From Eledone cirrhosa (Eukaryota), in assembly GCA_964016885.1 (NCBI GenBank), contig OZ024758.1, positions 9,052,001 through 9,116,000 on the forward strand: DNA of 64,000 bases. Direction: 5' to 3'. Made by a program: the position numbers and the translations under genes. The notes under the pieces were generated by a model that saw nothing but the letters and a program-made list of their open reading frames with translations, did not search any database and was not told the DNA's origin. This document shows positions 1 through 13,451 of the stretch, one piece after another. Each line of letters starts with the position of its first letter. Positions within the stretch are counted from its first letter, which is position 1.

Positions 1-539
1 TTCACGTGCTCTTTATACATGTGTTTTTCTTGTTATAAATATAAAGCCTTTGCATTCTGGAGTAAACAGCAAAGGCCATAATAGATGCACATCGATAACC
101 AAATGCATAAGTAGCCTTATTTCAATGTAACGTCAGATCACATCGCGACGTGAATTTATTGTCATTCTGATCATACAATACATTAGTAAATATTTGCCAT
201 TAAATAAATGTTTTTTTTATGTTTATATAAAAAAATTCGAACGTGAATATTGATTGCACAATTTATTCCGTCTAAAAAAAATTACAAAAAACAAACAAAC
301 AAACAAAAACAAACACAGACAAACCCACAAAACAAACAAACCAAAAAAAAAACAAAAAAAACGCAAGTCGTGACGAGAAAAACACGTGACGGTGCACTCT
401 CTTGACCGGAGAGGATTTACTTAATTGCTGGGGAGGAGGGGAGAAGACATCTTGAGAAATCCAAGAGTCCTTTAAAAGTTTTTGGAAAGATCTGGAAACT
501 ACGGAGGCAAGCGAGAGTTGAGGAGAGAGACGGCAGGCT
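1..539 (+). promoter_or_regulatory. CpG-rich proximal promoter / 5' UTR of Mnt with canonical E-boxes
   Basis: CpG-dense relative to the downstream introns; CACGTG at 3-8 and 383-388; purine-rich leader ahead of the ATG at 540. The TSS cannot be located from sequence. Confidence 0.6.
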
Positions 540-606
540 ATGAGTCTGGAGACGTTGTTGGCGGCGGCGGATTATGTGGAATGGAAATCTCGTGCCAAAG
601 CACGTG
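540..606 (+). CDS. Mnt: Mnt coding exon 1 (Sin3-interaction domain)
   Basis: ATG at 540 gives MSLETLLAAADYVEWKSRAKAR, closely resembling the MNT N-terminal SID (MSIETLLEAARFLEW in vertebrates); donor G|GTGAGT at 607, phase 1. Confidence 0.93.
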
Positions 607-2957
607 GTGAGTAGAAAAGCACATGGTCTCTTTGGCTTTGGTACCAGCAGACACCGACTCTTAACAACAATAGCAGCTGAGGCAGCAGCAACAACGGCTC
701 CATCTTCTTAGTAGCTGGTACATATTTTCCTTTCCCCGATTTTCTTTTCCCTGATAACATATAAAGCCGATGCACCACTACGCACCTGCTGTTGCCTCTG
801 CTCAGCTTTGCAACTCCCCACCAACTCTCGCGTTAAGCCTGCTTTGATATTCAGGTCTTTGGCTACTGCTGGTACCAGTTCTTTGCTCTGTTGTGTATAT
901 ATGTGTATATAAACCTTTCAGTGAGATTGATTTCTCAGTTGTATTGCTAACTTTTCTGTGAAATACGAACTAAACATTTTAAGCAACCATAAAGCCTTCC
1001 ATTATACGCTAGCCACAAAAACTATCGTCTGCCCTAAACCCTGTGATCAAACCCATTTCACTCTCACTTACTGTCAAAAGCTAATTCCTTTGTTGGGATC
1101 TATCCGTTCCTCACAACCCCAATCTCAGTACACACCGACGCATGTAAACCTGTTTGCACTTTCCTTCCCATGTACACAACGTATTTTATTTCTTTGTGTA
1201 CTAATGTTTATTCACACCCTGCTTTCGTATATTTTGTCTTACATTTGCTATACTAATGAATAAAACTCATTAAATCTGCTGATCGCCTTAATTTTTTTAA
1301 TATTGATATTTCTCACTATTATTTTTGGTTGGACTAATAATCGCAATTCATATCATTTCTATTATATAAATATTTTCTCTGTATGATTTTCACAGATCCT
1401 GATTTCAACGTCCGGTTGTTAGGCCAGTAACGTAATCTCAGTTATAGACGTATTATTTGACCATCTGTACTAAATTTGCCCTCTTGGCAGCTAATAATAT
1501 ATTAATTTGTTAACGTTTCAAAGTAAAGTGTTTATAAGTGATGTGGTCAAAAATATTTCATCTCGATATTAAAGTTTGAAATCGCCCATATATTTCAGGA
1601 TTTTAATTATGAATTTTCTCTTGTTACGTGTATATGTGTGTGTGCTTGTGACTATGTAGATAATTATTATAATTTAAATTTTCTATGCATTAATTGTCGA
1701 TTTGTAGGAGGTGTTTTTGAAAGAGAGGCAACTGACTTATTGCTTCCTGTTTGTTTATAAATCTATTAGTCTCACTCTGGCATGTGTCTTCCTCCTCATG
1801 GTATTGGTACTATATGCCGACCATTCTCTCTTCCTCCCTCCTCTCATAGAAATCATAATTAGATGTCTAAAAATACTTTTTCTGGCTTGTCCATAAGTAA
1901 ATTTTGGTTTTTTGATACATTAAATACGTCTTTTTTTTCTGGATATCACACATGGCAATAATTGGAATGTTATTATTAAAATGTTTATTTTATTTACAGT
2001 TGAATACAAGAAACTGTCAACGTTGTTGGTGTTTTTCTTAACTCTTCTAGTTGCCTTGGTGGATAGAATATTAGTTCCATATACTCCCACACCTCGTCCT
2101 GGGAATGCATTGTCAATAAACAAGACGTGGGTTGAGCAATGACCCTTCAAAGTTTTAATTCCACAATTCGGTGAAACAAATCATAGTCAATATTAATATT
2201 TTATCAGATACGAACCAGACTATGTCATCTTATCTTCTCTGATATAATATTATTTTCATTCATTAACAATAACAATAGTATATTTTCATCTAACCCACAT
2301 TGATGAGTCCCAACAAATGCAGTAAAATTCTGTTATTTATTCATTCTAAAATCTACATCGGAATATATACTGTTGTGTGTGAGGACGGAATTTTTTTTTC
2401 GTGTTAGATCGTAAAGGAAGGGACAAAGTCTTAATATAAGACTGAGGAAAATGTCAGCTTGACCTTACGGGTTTGGCATTGGAATTTTGACCTTTTAATA
2501 ATTCCCCCACTTGAATGGCTATTTGATTTAGCTAATTTGATACTTTGGAGTTCTTGCTGGGAGTAGTTTCGGAGAAGAAAAAAATCATATGTCAGAAAAT
2601 TTAGTCCCTAAGGAGATAAACTTGAAACTTGGGTAAAAAAATTTATATAGCTAAGAAATTATATTGTCAGATTCTTTGTCATACATTTTCAAGCTCTGAA
2701 ATCGATTTTAACCTTAATTTACCCTTGTCTCTTCTATAGCAGCAGTATGTTGACCAGATGAGCATATAATATTGGGTATGTCAGCCTGGAAACATCTCTA
2801 GTGTCTTGCAGGAACTTGGATTCCTTTTAAGGCAACTGAATCCCTTTTCAATTTCAAATGTCTGTTATAACTGCTTAAATGAGATCTTTGGGAAAGACAC
2901 CAATGCTACAAATTCCAATTTTCCAAATGGAATTCATAATATATATATATATATATA

Positions 2958-3185
2958 TAATCATCATCGTCGTTTAACGTCCATTTTTCCAAGCTAGCAT
3001 GGGTTAGACGAGTTGTCCCGTTGTGGGACAAGCCAGGTCAGATTACCATAGTTTTACTCATACAGAACTGTTTTTGGCTTTGTTTCTAAGGATGGGTGTC
3101 TTTACTAACTAATGCCAACTACATTTACAGTGCATACTGGGTGCTCTTTGTCGTGGCACCTTCATGACCACTTTACAGTGTGGGT
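2958..3185 (-). mobile_element. (ATC)n-tailed SINE with RTE-type 3' tail (many copies, e.g. 5968-6210, 20910-21210, 23892-24070, 35810-36080 on +, 48398-48610, 51527-51700)
   Basis: catcatcgtcgtttaacgtccatttttccaagctagcatgggttagacg... plus a ccactttacagtg module; the tail matches the RTE LINE 3' ends at 34545-35048. Confidence 0.8.
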
Positions 3186-3576
3186 ATATATATATATAGT
3201 CTTGAATACTTGTAAGGGATATAACAGCCACAAAACACAATCTGTTAAAATTAATGGGTCACCATGATTGTGAGATTGTAACCTTAATATTAAGTTACAG
3301 AAAATTTAGAATTCAGATGCTGAAATCAAATTAAATGCAGGAGTTGTGAAATACACCATTTTATAAAGAATTTAGTATTTATTTTAAAGTTTATTAGAGT
3401 CAAGATTTGAACATGCCATAAGATTATATGTAAAAATGATTAAGACTATGTTTTAATAGATTTTCTATTAATGAAACTGGTTATATGACAAGATTGTTCT
3501 GTGAACAATGTATTTACCTTATTTGAAATTGCTCTTGGGTCAAGCATGTTCTTTGTAGAAATATGATGTATGAATA

Positions 3577-3850
3577 TGGGTGGAGGTGTGTGGCCTAGTA
3601 GTAAGGGTGTTGGACTTTGGATCACAATGTCGTGGGTTTAGTTCCTCAGTTGTGTTCTTGAGCAAAACACTTCATTTTACATTGCTCCAGTATACTCAGC
3701 TGAAAATGAATACCAGCAATAACTGGGGGTTTAACCCTGCAATGGACTGGCATTCTCTCCAGAGGATGATCTTGTACTCTCAATCACTTCATGCCACGGA
3801 ATTCGGGATAAGCACTGACCTGACGAGCCTCCAGGTTTAAGATAGACTTT
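3577..3850 (+). mobile_element. Second tRNA-derived SINE family (other copies ~18450-18630, 33250-33330, 40570-40780 on +; 17150-17410, 47080-47195 on -)
   Basis: tRNA-like head ggcctagtagtaagg, CORE-like gtgttcttgagcaaaacacttca, then cctgcratgg.ctggcat. Confidence 0.7.
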
Positions 3851-4409
3851 AGACCATTTTGGGACTGGAGAGAGAGAGGGGGGGGGTTATAGAAATGGAA
3901 AGTAGATAAAATCTGAGACTCAAGTGAATATATATATTTTTATGATTAGCTGTGTTTTTTTTCTTGTTTTTGGCTTAGTCAGAGAAGGAAGATCAATGGA
4001 AGGTCATGTCATTTTGCAGGGTCCTCAATATTGATGTGTTGCAATAGAAGCAATATATATATAGACCAAGTTATCTTCAAAATGGAGAGTCAGAATACTT
4101 GCAAGAAAGTTCTGTTCAAAGCACCTAAGGTCCCAAGTGGTAGTGTTATACTAGGGGATAGATTAAGTCTACCACACAAAAACAGGTATAGTCCATCTGA
4201 GATGTGTCCGTTTCCCTTTTCTACAGGATTTCTTCAGTTTTTCTTCTTCTTTTTTTCTGAATTGATTATCTCGTTTGTAAAGTATGTATTGATAGCATTT
4301 CTTTACAAATTGTAACTTTGTAGTATAGGCATTTCTGATTCAGATTGACAACTTCGATATATTCACTGTATTTGCACCAATATATTTATATATTCATGGT
4401 TTAGTATGT

Positions 4410-4615
4410 TTAACCCTTTATCATTTATATACTATTGTATTTTTGTGGTAAAGGCTTTACCTTACTTAATTATATCACATAAAATCGAATCTATGAGATT
4501 TTGATGTTATTTATTTTGAGAACAATACCTTAACATCAGTATCAGCGGCTGGTTTGAACAGAAAGAGGTGAGAGATTCTGGCCAGATATAGTCGGTTTAA
4601 ATGCTAAAGGGTTAA
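4410..4615. mobile_element. piggyBac-type MITE family A (other copies 29376-29593, 37081-37288)
   Basis: TTAA-CCCTTT...AAAGGG-TTAA ends; ~210-bp body (ggtaaaggctttacc...gagaacaataccttaacatcagt...cagaaagagg) shared by three copies. Confidence 0.8.
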
Positions 4616-4864
4616 AATGATGTAGGGTATCTTATGAGTCATATTGAATTATGCTATCCAGCAGTTTTTCTCTTACTAGGATATAATATAAATAATAGTT
4701 CTTTCTTCATTTTTGAGGGTTACTTTTTAGTGATTGCATGACATAAAAATATCTACCTGGATAGAATGCTGGTAGTTCAACATCTTACCTACTCACTTCT
4801 ACAATCATTACGATGGGAACATTTGTATTCTAAATCTATTAAAACCTATCTGAGCCCTTAGGCT

Positions 4865-5103
4865 TTAACTCTTTCATTCCCATATTTCTAATGAATTACA
4901 CCATTTATGTTTTTCTATTAATTTTGTAAATAATCAACAATCTGAAGGAATTTAGTAACACAACTAACCACATTATTAATCTGGAGTTTAGTACTTAGCT
5001 AAACTTGCATATTCTTCCATAACATTTAAAAAAATTAAATATGAATACTTTAAAACATGGTTTATTATCATAAAATTGGGTGGGTTAGTATCAAAAGGGT
5101 TAA
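4865..5103. mobile_element. piggyBac-type MITE family B (other copies 8509-8774, 9203-9410 reversed, 17526-17774, 24774-25220)
   Basis: TTAA-C(C/T)CTTT..ATACC...AAAGGG-TTAA ends; shared AT-rich body (ccatatttcta...ttttgaaaataa...gtatttggaacataactt). Confidence 0.7.
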
Positions 5104-5537
5104 ACAAATAAAATACCCTATACTTTATTAAATTTCCTATTATATGTTCTGTGTTGTTACTAAGTAAATAAAAACCCTTAACCCATTGGATTGCTAGTGC
5201 ATTACTGCAGTGGTTTCTTGTTACATTTTTTAGGTCAATGGTAGTATTTGAGTTGAGTGAAGCACTTTCAGCTGAGAAACATTTGTTGAATATACAGTGC
5301 TGTCATTAACTTTCAGACTAGCTAGATTTAATTTTTTAAATTTTTGTTGATGTTTGTATTGAGGATAAGATATCAAGTGATATCTCATTGCCCAATGAGT
5401 CAGTATCCTAACAATCAGCTACAGTTCCCGGTCACACCAAAGAGTGGACTTTAAAATATTAAACAGTTATATTTTCTGTTTGTAATGTCTCTTTACTCTT
5501 TTTTCTCTCTTTCTTTCTCTCTCTCTCTTCTGTGCAG

Positions 5538-5727
5538 GGGAAGATATCGATCAAGCTAAATTCAACTTTTATGAACCAATACAGACTTTACCACCACCAC
5601 CACCATTACCGCCACCACCTCCACCACCATCATCATCATCATCTTCAGTTAGTTCACCCCCACACATAGACAATGCAAACAAATCACCAGGTTCGGAAGA
5701 TAAAGCTGACAAAAGACGTGCTGGCGG
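5538..5727 (+). CDS. Mnt: Mnt coding exon 2 (Pro/Ser-rich linker)
   Basis: Long CT polypyrimidine tract then TGCAG|; open in frame with exon 1: (G)EDIDQAKFNFYEPIQTLPPPPPLPPPPPPPSSSSSSVSSPPHIDNANKSPGSEDKADKRRAG(G); donor GG|GTAAGC, phase 2. KRRxGG precedes the basic region, as in MNT. Confidence 0.88.
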
Positions 5728-8700
5728 GTAAGCAAACAACTTACTTATTTTCTCTGATACCCTGTTTCTTATTTAAGAGTAAGCTTCACAGTTGACTTTA
5801 AAATTGGTACAGAATTAGTGTTTCTCAGACTGAAACTTGTAGTTACTCACAAATAGTTGTATGGATGAAATACTGGAGGCAGAGAATGTCAGTGAGAATT
5901 AATTGAATATGAACAAATGTACCAAAACACTCTCATACACACAATAGAACCAAAATATTGTGTTTATTCTCATCATCATCATCATCATCATCATTTTACG
6001 TCTACTTTCCATGCTGGCATGAGGTTGTCACAGTCCAACACTTGACTGATAAGGGAACCATGTCTTATATGTTCCTTATTTTGGCCTGACTTTTACACCA
6101 ACCACTTTACAGGGTGTACCAAATGCATCTTTTTGTGGCATCAGCACTACCAGTTAACAGAGTGTACTGGGTGCATTTTATCATGGCACCACCACTAGAG
6201 AGGTTTTCAGGTACTTTATGTATACAGAGGATCCTCTCTACTCTATGTCGTCTCAGTCATTTTGGAGAAGCGAAAGAGACTTCTCATCATATTCACTTTT
6301 AATATGGTAGTGCTTATACTGGTAAACTATGCACTATGGCATATCATCAGTCAGCTTGGTCCGATGTCATCTCTTTTGTTAAACAAATAGATTTCTTGAT
6401 TAAATAAAGTATTGGATTATCAGCCTGTACTTTGATGACATCACAGTCTCTATCTGTTTCAGCTTGTCATTATTTATCATTCTAAAATCTATTTGATTTA
6501 ATGGATTTTATTTCTTGTGCTTAAAAGCTAGATTTGGAAGTAAAAGAAAAAAAATGATAGAAATATGTAAGGAAGAATACCCTTACTAACAGGGAAAGCA
6601 GACATTAGACGATGATGATGATTATAAATACATTCCTATCACTTTCTATTAAGCAAGAAATAAAAATAAGTTTTCAAAATTTTGTGGCTATTCCCAACTG
6701 GTTGAATTAATTCATATGGCATTCATTTTCATATCTAATAACACAATGAAGTGTCTATAGTAAGTTGAAATCTGAGATAATATTTATCCCCCCTCCCCTC
6801 CAGCCCTTTATTTTTATAAATTTTGAAGGTATGGAGCACTGATTAAGAACTGACATGACTGGTGACCTCCCATCCAACCCATGCCAACTGGGAGAAATGA
6901 ATATTAAATGATGATGAAATGGTACCTTTTAAAATCCAGTAAAAGAAAGCTTTGCGTTGAGAAATCTTGCAAGAGTTAAGGTTCTACTATGAGTAAAAAT
7001 GAGTCTAATTAGGGGATGAAGATATAAGAAATAGAGAAAATATATATATAGAAAGATATTTCTAGTATGTATGGACTCATAACTCTGGATGGAGTCATAG
7101 GAGCATCCTAGTAACATACAGTGTAGTGTGTCTTGGGCATTTAAACCTGATGAAGCTCTTCCCTTTGTAAGTCTGAATACAGCCAATTTCTTCCAGAGAA
7201 AGAGAGATAGAGGAAGTGAAAAAGAGGTATAGAGGAAGAATTTATCTCAATATTTGACTGGTACATTTTTAACAACCTTGAAAAGATGATAAACAAAGTT
7301 GATCACAGCAGGGTTTGAGTGCAGAAAGCCAGAACAAATACCAAAAAGCATTTTCTCTGACATTCTAATGACTCTGTCAATTCACCATCTAAGATAATTT
7401 TACAGTAATTTTATACAAGAAATTAGAAATGAAATGTTCATAAGTATTTTTGATGCATGATGTAGAAGAGACAGATAATGAGAATTATTGGGATGTTAAT
7501 AATGAGAATTGTTAGGGAAAGATAGTTGGGATAACTTGAGATATTTTGTTAAAACTTTCAGAGGAAATACTATCCTGTTAGATCTGGTCTCTCTAGAATG
7601 ATTTAAATATGTATTCCAAATGTAAATTACATATTGTTTCTTACAACCTGAAATTGTTGGGAATTGAGGAGTGAAAAGTAATGAGCTTTATATTTCCTCC
7701 AAGGGAATTGATGTTGATGTAATGAAATATCTACATTGTTAATTTGAACCTGAAATATAGACTTGAATTGCCAAGACATTAATTCTTAACTACAGGAGTG
7801 TTACCAGAATATAAATTAGTTACAATCATCATCATCACCATTTTTGGGGGGTAATGTTAGTTTTTCAGTGTTATGTTTATTATGTGTCCAATCATCATCA
7901 TCATCATCATTTAATGTCTGCTTTCCCTGCTAGCAAGTGTTGGGTTGGTCTACATAAACCTAGTTAGTAATAAAGCAAGGATACGGACCTCTCAGGCAGG
8001 CCTGGGGATCTGCATCTCACTTATGTATGGTCTTACATTCTACTGATGTTGTCATGTCTTTGACACAACTCAAAGGTCCTCCTAACCCCTTGTTTGGCAG
8101 GCTTTTTACGGTTGGATGGATGTCTTTTCCTATCACCAACCACTTTGCAGCGTGTACTGGGTGTATTTATCATGTAGATCATACTAGGGAGGGTGTCATG
8201 TCCTTCACATCACTGAAGGGTCCTCCCAACCCTTTGTAAATCACCAACACTAGAGAGGGTGTCATATCCTTGACATCTCAGAAGCTGACTATGCTAGGTG
8301 ACCACAAGGAGACCATCAATCAGTTATGATTCCAACAGTGGATGTGAGGACTAGATATCAATTCAAGGTCTAATCCCTGTTTTCAGCTGTCCGTCTTTAT
8401 GTTTATGCCATCCTAGAAGGAGCTCTTGTGTGATTGTGTTGTGGAGGAATTTGCTAAATGGAAGATGGAGTGTGTAACCAAACTGATGGATGCACCTTTT
8501 GATCATCCTTAACCATTCATTACCCTATTTCTAATGAAACACACTAACCATGATTTTCAATTAGTTTTGAAAGTAATCAAGAATTTGGAGGGATTTAAGT
8601 AATATAAGTAATTTTATCAGTATTTAGCTGGTATTTGGAACATAACTTGACAAAAGTTCTTACATAAAATTATGATGGGAAGTCTGTAGATAAATAGGAT

Positions 8701-8779
8701 GAATGATGGTGATAAACAGTTTTGAATCATATACCCAGGGGCAGTTTCAGACGGTTTTGTATAAAAAGGGTTAAGAAGA

Positions 8780-9170
8780 GCAAGCTCTTTGAGCCTGCTA
8801 ATTACCATCCTACTGTTCTCACTTGCAACATCTCAAAGATAATGGAAACAGCCCCCCCCCCCTTCATCACCTTGAATCTCTCTCTCTCGACCATTGGTAT
8901 GGCTTCCATAGAACCACATCAATCAGAGCTTAACATCATACATCACTCATTAGTGTTCCCTTGTTCTTTAAAGAAAGCAATGTTGTTGTGATTGACTGTG
9001 CCTAACATGAGAACTTCCTAAGTTGACAACCAGCTAGACTGCACCATAGTAATTATGTGCTGATGAGGAGTCTAACAAACACTGTCAACTTTAGTGTACT
9101 CTAAAGCTCAGCTCTGTTTCCATTACATTAATGACCTTGTAACTATCTCCCTTAGCAATACACATTCCTA
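8780..9170 (+). mobile_element. Decayed LINE RT remnant (CR1/L2/Jockey-like)
   Basis: PANYHPTVLTCNISKIME (NYRPI-like) and a later YINDL-like remnant. Confidence 0.4.
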
Positions 9171-9430
9171 CCCCTCATACACAGACATCATCCACACTCA
9201 GTGTAACCCTTGTGATACCACCTGCCTCAAACTACCTTTGTTTCCATCAAACAAAACCACTAATTTCAAATAATTCCAATTTGACATGTGTTAGATTATA
9301 TTACAAATGCCATCTTAATAATGAAATGATTATTTTAGTAAATCTCTCCAAATTCTTCATTAATTCAAAGACAGTATATTTCATTATAAATATGGCAATG
9401 AAAGGGTTAAACAACCCGCACAAGATGAAT

Positions 9431-9610
9431 TACCGTATATACTCAAATATAAGCTGACCCCACTATTTTATATCTGAGAAATGGGCACAAATCTAAACCT
9501 TATTTATGTAGAATTTGAAGTTGGTGAAAATCATCAAAATATTGGCCCCAACCCTACCATCAATGTTTTTGGTCACATATTCCTTGACTTATATTCCAGT
9601 ATATATGGTA
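9431..9610. mobile_element. Tc2/pogo-like MITE
   Basis: TIRs taccgtatatactcaaatataag / cttatattccagtatatatggta with TA ends. Confidence 0.6.
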
Positions 9611-11091
9611 CTTCAATGAACAAAGTCTTTGAAATTACTCTTCAAAGTCTTTGAAATCACTCTTCAAAGGAATCGTGATAACCTAGTTTCTTTCAACAGG
9701 ACAAAACAGTTTACTATACATATGAAGGAAACATACTAAAATCACTAGCTGACATATATGTGTTATTGCCAGTCTTTTTGATTTTCTAAACTAGTTAGAT
9801 GAAAACCCTCTTCACTCCAAACACACATTTCTTCTCTCATCTTCACTCTCACTTTCAAGACCTTGTATCAAACACTTTTCCCATTCCTTCCTCCTCAAAA
9901 CTACAACTCACTGGAACCCTGGCACATATAATATCTGTACAAGTTGAACATTAACTGCATCAATTTCATCAATGTAAGAGGTCCTCAAAGTACATGGACA
10001 TAGCCTTGCCTTACATCTTACTTTAATTTGAGTACACTAGAACAATTACAATAATGAGTTTACACAACCTACAACTTAAAATCCTAGTCTATTATAATTT
10101 TCTTTTCTAAATTTCTTCTTTTAGCCCCTAAACTCATTAAATAAGGATCATGTTTTTCATATCACCTATTTAAAATTTTACTGCAACTAGGAATCTTGAG
10201 AAATATAAGATTTAGTGGATTATTATAAAGAGATTTAATTTCATATATATTTCTTTTTATATAATTATAATTTCTCTATGTATTTATAAAAGCTACAGTT
10301 TCTAGTTCTAGCATCTAAATTGATGCAAGCAATGTCTGTCTGCATATTGGTTTATATCAATCCTGCAATTATTTCCATTAAAAAAAATTTATTTATTTTT
10401 ATTTGTGAATTTAAAACAAAAATGTTTTCTATAGGATTTTCTTTTGGAATTTTTAACAATACAAATAAAATGTTAAAATGTGTAGGAAAAGGTTTCATTT
10501 TTTATAAATTAACTTTGTTTTGTTTGTAGATTAAAAAATTTGAATGTTTCACATTGATAAATTTCGAAAACTGAGATTTTATTGATATTTAACAGTCATA
10601 ATGATCTGTGGTCTGTCCTTATCTACTCTTTTATTTGTTGGTTTAACTTCTGGATTTGAGAGAGACCCTTTTAATAATGTATTGCTCTGGAATATAAAGG
10701 AATTAGTAGTTGGAGGGATTATCTCATATTTAGTTAATTGGCTATTCATTGGCTTCGAATGCTTGATTCATTGGGAGTATGGGGAGATCTGGCTCTATAA
10801 TTATATTTGTCAATTCACTGAACATGCTTAGACTTATAAAACCATATATGGTTCTTTGTACTTTTAAGAAAATCCTAACTGATGTCATGTTAATAATATT
10901 GTAGGTTGAAGGCTTATGTTTTGACTAACGTATAAGGCATATGAGTTAATGTATTATTAAGAATATCAGACTTTCTGCTTGTCGATAACAAGTTTAGAGC
11001 ATATAATTCTCTAGTTTTTAAATCATGTTTAGATCAGCTCAATTTTCCACTAAACTCTAGAATTGCTAAACCTGGATCAACCAAAATGGGA

Positions 11092-11290
11092 GTTGTTGTT
11101 TAGTCCCAGGTCAGCCCTTATCAAGCAGACCTATGATCAAAGGCATTCCAGCTGTGACCATCATGTCTTTATTTTATTCTGTGTGTTGGAAACTCAGGAC
11201 CACATTATCCAATGTGCTTTTTTTTAAGATGGTAGGGTGGCATTTGAGGGAAATTTGGTTGCTATTTCTTACATGTTGTTGGCTCGAACC
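11092..11290 (+). repeat. Dispersed ~200-bp repeat family (other copies 25290-25600, 29780-29980, 42490-42680, 44410-44600, three at 58580-59220, 63420-63605)
   Basis: Shared ttgtttag.cccaggtcagc...gcagacctatga...gctatttctagc; class not determinable from sequence. Confidence 0.7.
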
Positions 11291-12627
11291 ATAATGGGAA
11301 TAGGTAGTTACTGAGATGATAAGATGTTGTTCAATGTTTTATTGTCTTGCATTGGAACTCAGCTAGAACAGTGTCTAACTGAACAATTAAAGGAAAGGTC
11401 ATCTAACTATAGAAAACTCATTGCTCAAATTATATTTGTGAATAAAATTATGATCTGAGCAATAAGGCTTTTATATTAGCTTATCTGTATATATATGCAG
11501 TCATACTGTGTCTGCGTGCAGTAGATGTTTATCAAAGCAGCCAAAATACTTTATTATTTATCCAGTTTAGAGGACCATTATTAAAATACCATTAGAATCA
11601 ACTTTGTCTTTTCAGTGTCAATATCTATGCCAGCATTGAAAAGCAAACATAAAATGATGGTGATTATGATAACAGGATCAACTATCCTTTTTCACATGGT
11701 ACAAAAAAAGGGTGGGTGAGAAGAAAAGGGGTTTATTCGGAAGCAAAAGGGATCCTTATTATACAGTTGACTTAATGGCATGTCATTTGTTTAGGAATTG
11801 ATTTGTTGTCTAATTAGTTCTGCCAAATGAATATAGACTATTGCTATTATTCATGTCTGCATAGTCCTGTACTGTATGAAACAGTACAAAATAACACTAT
11901 GACTGCGTCACATGAAAAATTAAAGCCTTTGTTCCAATGCTACAAATTTTCACAAAATCTGTCCAGCTTGTTTTTAGATATTTTCTGTTAAATCATTGTA
12001 GGGTGTTAAGAGTTAATATAGATACACAAGTGTATTACTCCTATCATTTTGGAGGAGTACAAATGTTCATAATTTTCTGACAAAAATGACTAAATTTTCC
12101 AACAACAATTTTTTTGGGGGGATGTAGCTGTACCCCCTGCACCACCAGGAATATGCCACTGTATTGATTGTTAACATTAGACCATTAAGTCTAGTTATGC
12201 TATTTTGATATATTTTGGAGTTTATATCTATTAGCTTCTGAGAATTTTTCTGCTAGTATCAAGTATAGAAGCCACCTTAATTTAAAGTTGACTTGTTGAA
12301 TATTTTCAATTTTTAGAAAGGATTCTTCTGTGATATTGAAGCCATCTTTGGTTTAGAAACTAGTAGTTAGAAATGTCATGTAGTAGTCAACACTTGTCAC
12401 ATGACACACTCTGTTATATATTATGTTAATGATTACTTTAACATTTCCTCTACTTTAGAAATTAGATTAAATAATCATCATTTCTGAATTCTTTAGAAGT
12501 TAGATTAAATAATCACCATTTCTGAATTTTTTTTTTTTTTTTTTTTAACAAATCTTTCTATTTACTTCTTTTAATTAATTTCTTGTAGAAATTATTTTTT
12601 ACTTAATTTGCTACTGTTAAATTTCAG

Positions 12628-12669
12628 GGCCGGAACACGTGAGGTTCACAACAAATTGGAAAAAAATAG
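12628..12669 (+). CDS. Mnt: Mnt coding exon 3 (42 nt, basic region)
   Basis: TTTCAG| then (G)AGTREVHNKLEKN(R), the MNT basic-region signature; donor AG|GTAATA, phase 2. Confidence 0.95.
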
Positions 12670-13451
12670 GTAATATCCGAATTTATGTGTACAAGAAATC
12701 TTAATTTTGTGTTTTTATAATAAATTTATATTTGTTTTTTTTTTTTATCTTTTTAATATTAATATTATTATTTAATTTATTTTGTAATACCTTCCAAGAG
12801 AACCAGTCTAAGAAATCTTTGTATTTAAATTTTTTTTTTATTATCTGAGATGACAGAATAAGTGCCTATATCCTCAGAAGTTGAAAAGTTTTTTTTCATT
12901 TTTCCTTCTATTGCTTTTGTGACATTTTGCTCACATTTTCTTTTGTTAGTTTTGAATCTCATATTTCCATATTTATATCAATGTGTTTCAAGCTATTAGA
13001 ATCACATTCTACATACAAGTACAAATATATAGGTGCTTATAAATAATAAGTGTTTCAAAGGTTGCATCTTTCTTTCATTTACACATTTAATGTTTACATG
13101 GTAAAATTTAAACTTTAAATCTTAGTCCGAAGATTGGCTTCCAAATTAGGAACCAAAACTTACATATGTATACATACACACACACACATATATATGTATG
13201 TAAAAGGCAAACAAAAAACAACTCAAACGGTACAGTATATGGAAGGAATATATTAGTTTAACACTTGAAATAGCAGGAAGAGGGTCTTAACGTTTTGGAC
13301 GCAAGTCCTTCATCAATCATCATCATCATCATGATCATCTTCGTTTAACGTCCATTTTCCATGCTAGCACGGGTTATATACATATTTATATATATATATA
13401 TATATACACGCACATACATACATACATACATACATACCTACATACCTATCT

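Noticed and set aside
572-778. 68-aa antisense ORF over exon 1
   Set aside because: Low complexity, no recognisable domain, expected by chance in GC-richer DNA.
12628-12669. A-to-I recoding of basic-region Lys/Asn codons
   Set aside because: Plausible in coleoids, but I saw no complementary intronic partner and editing cannot be read from DNA.
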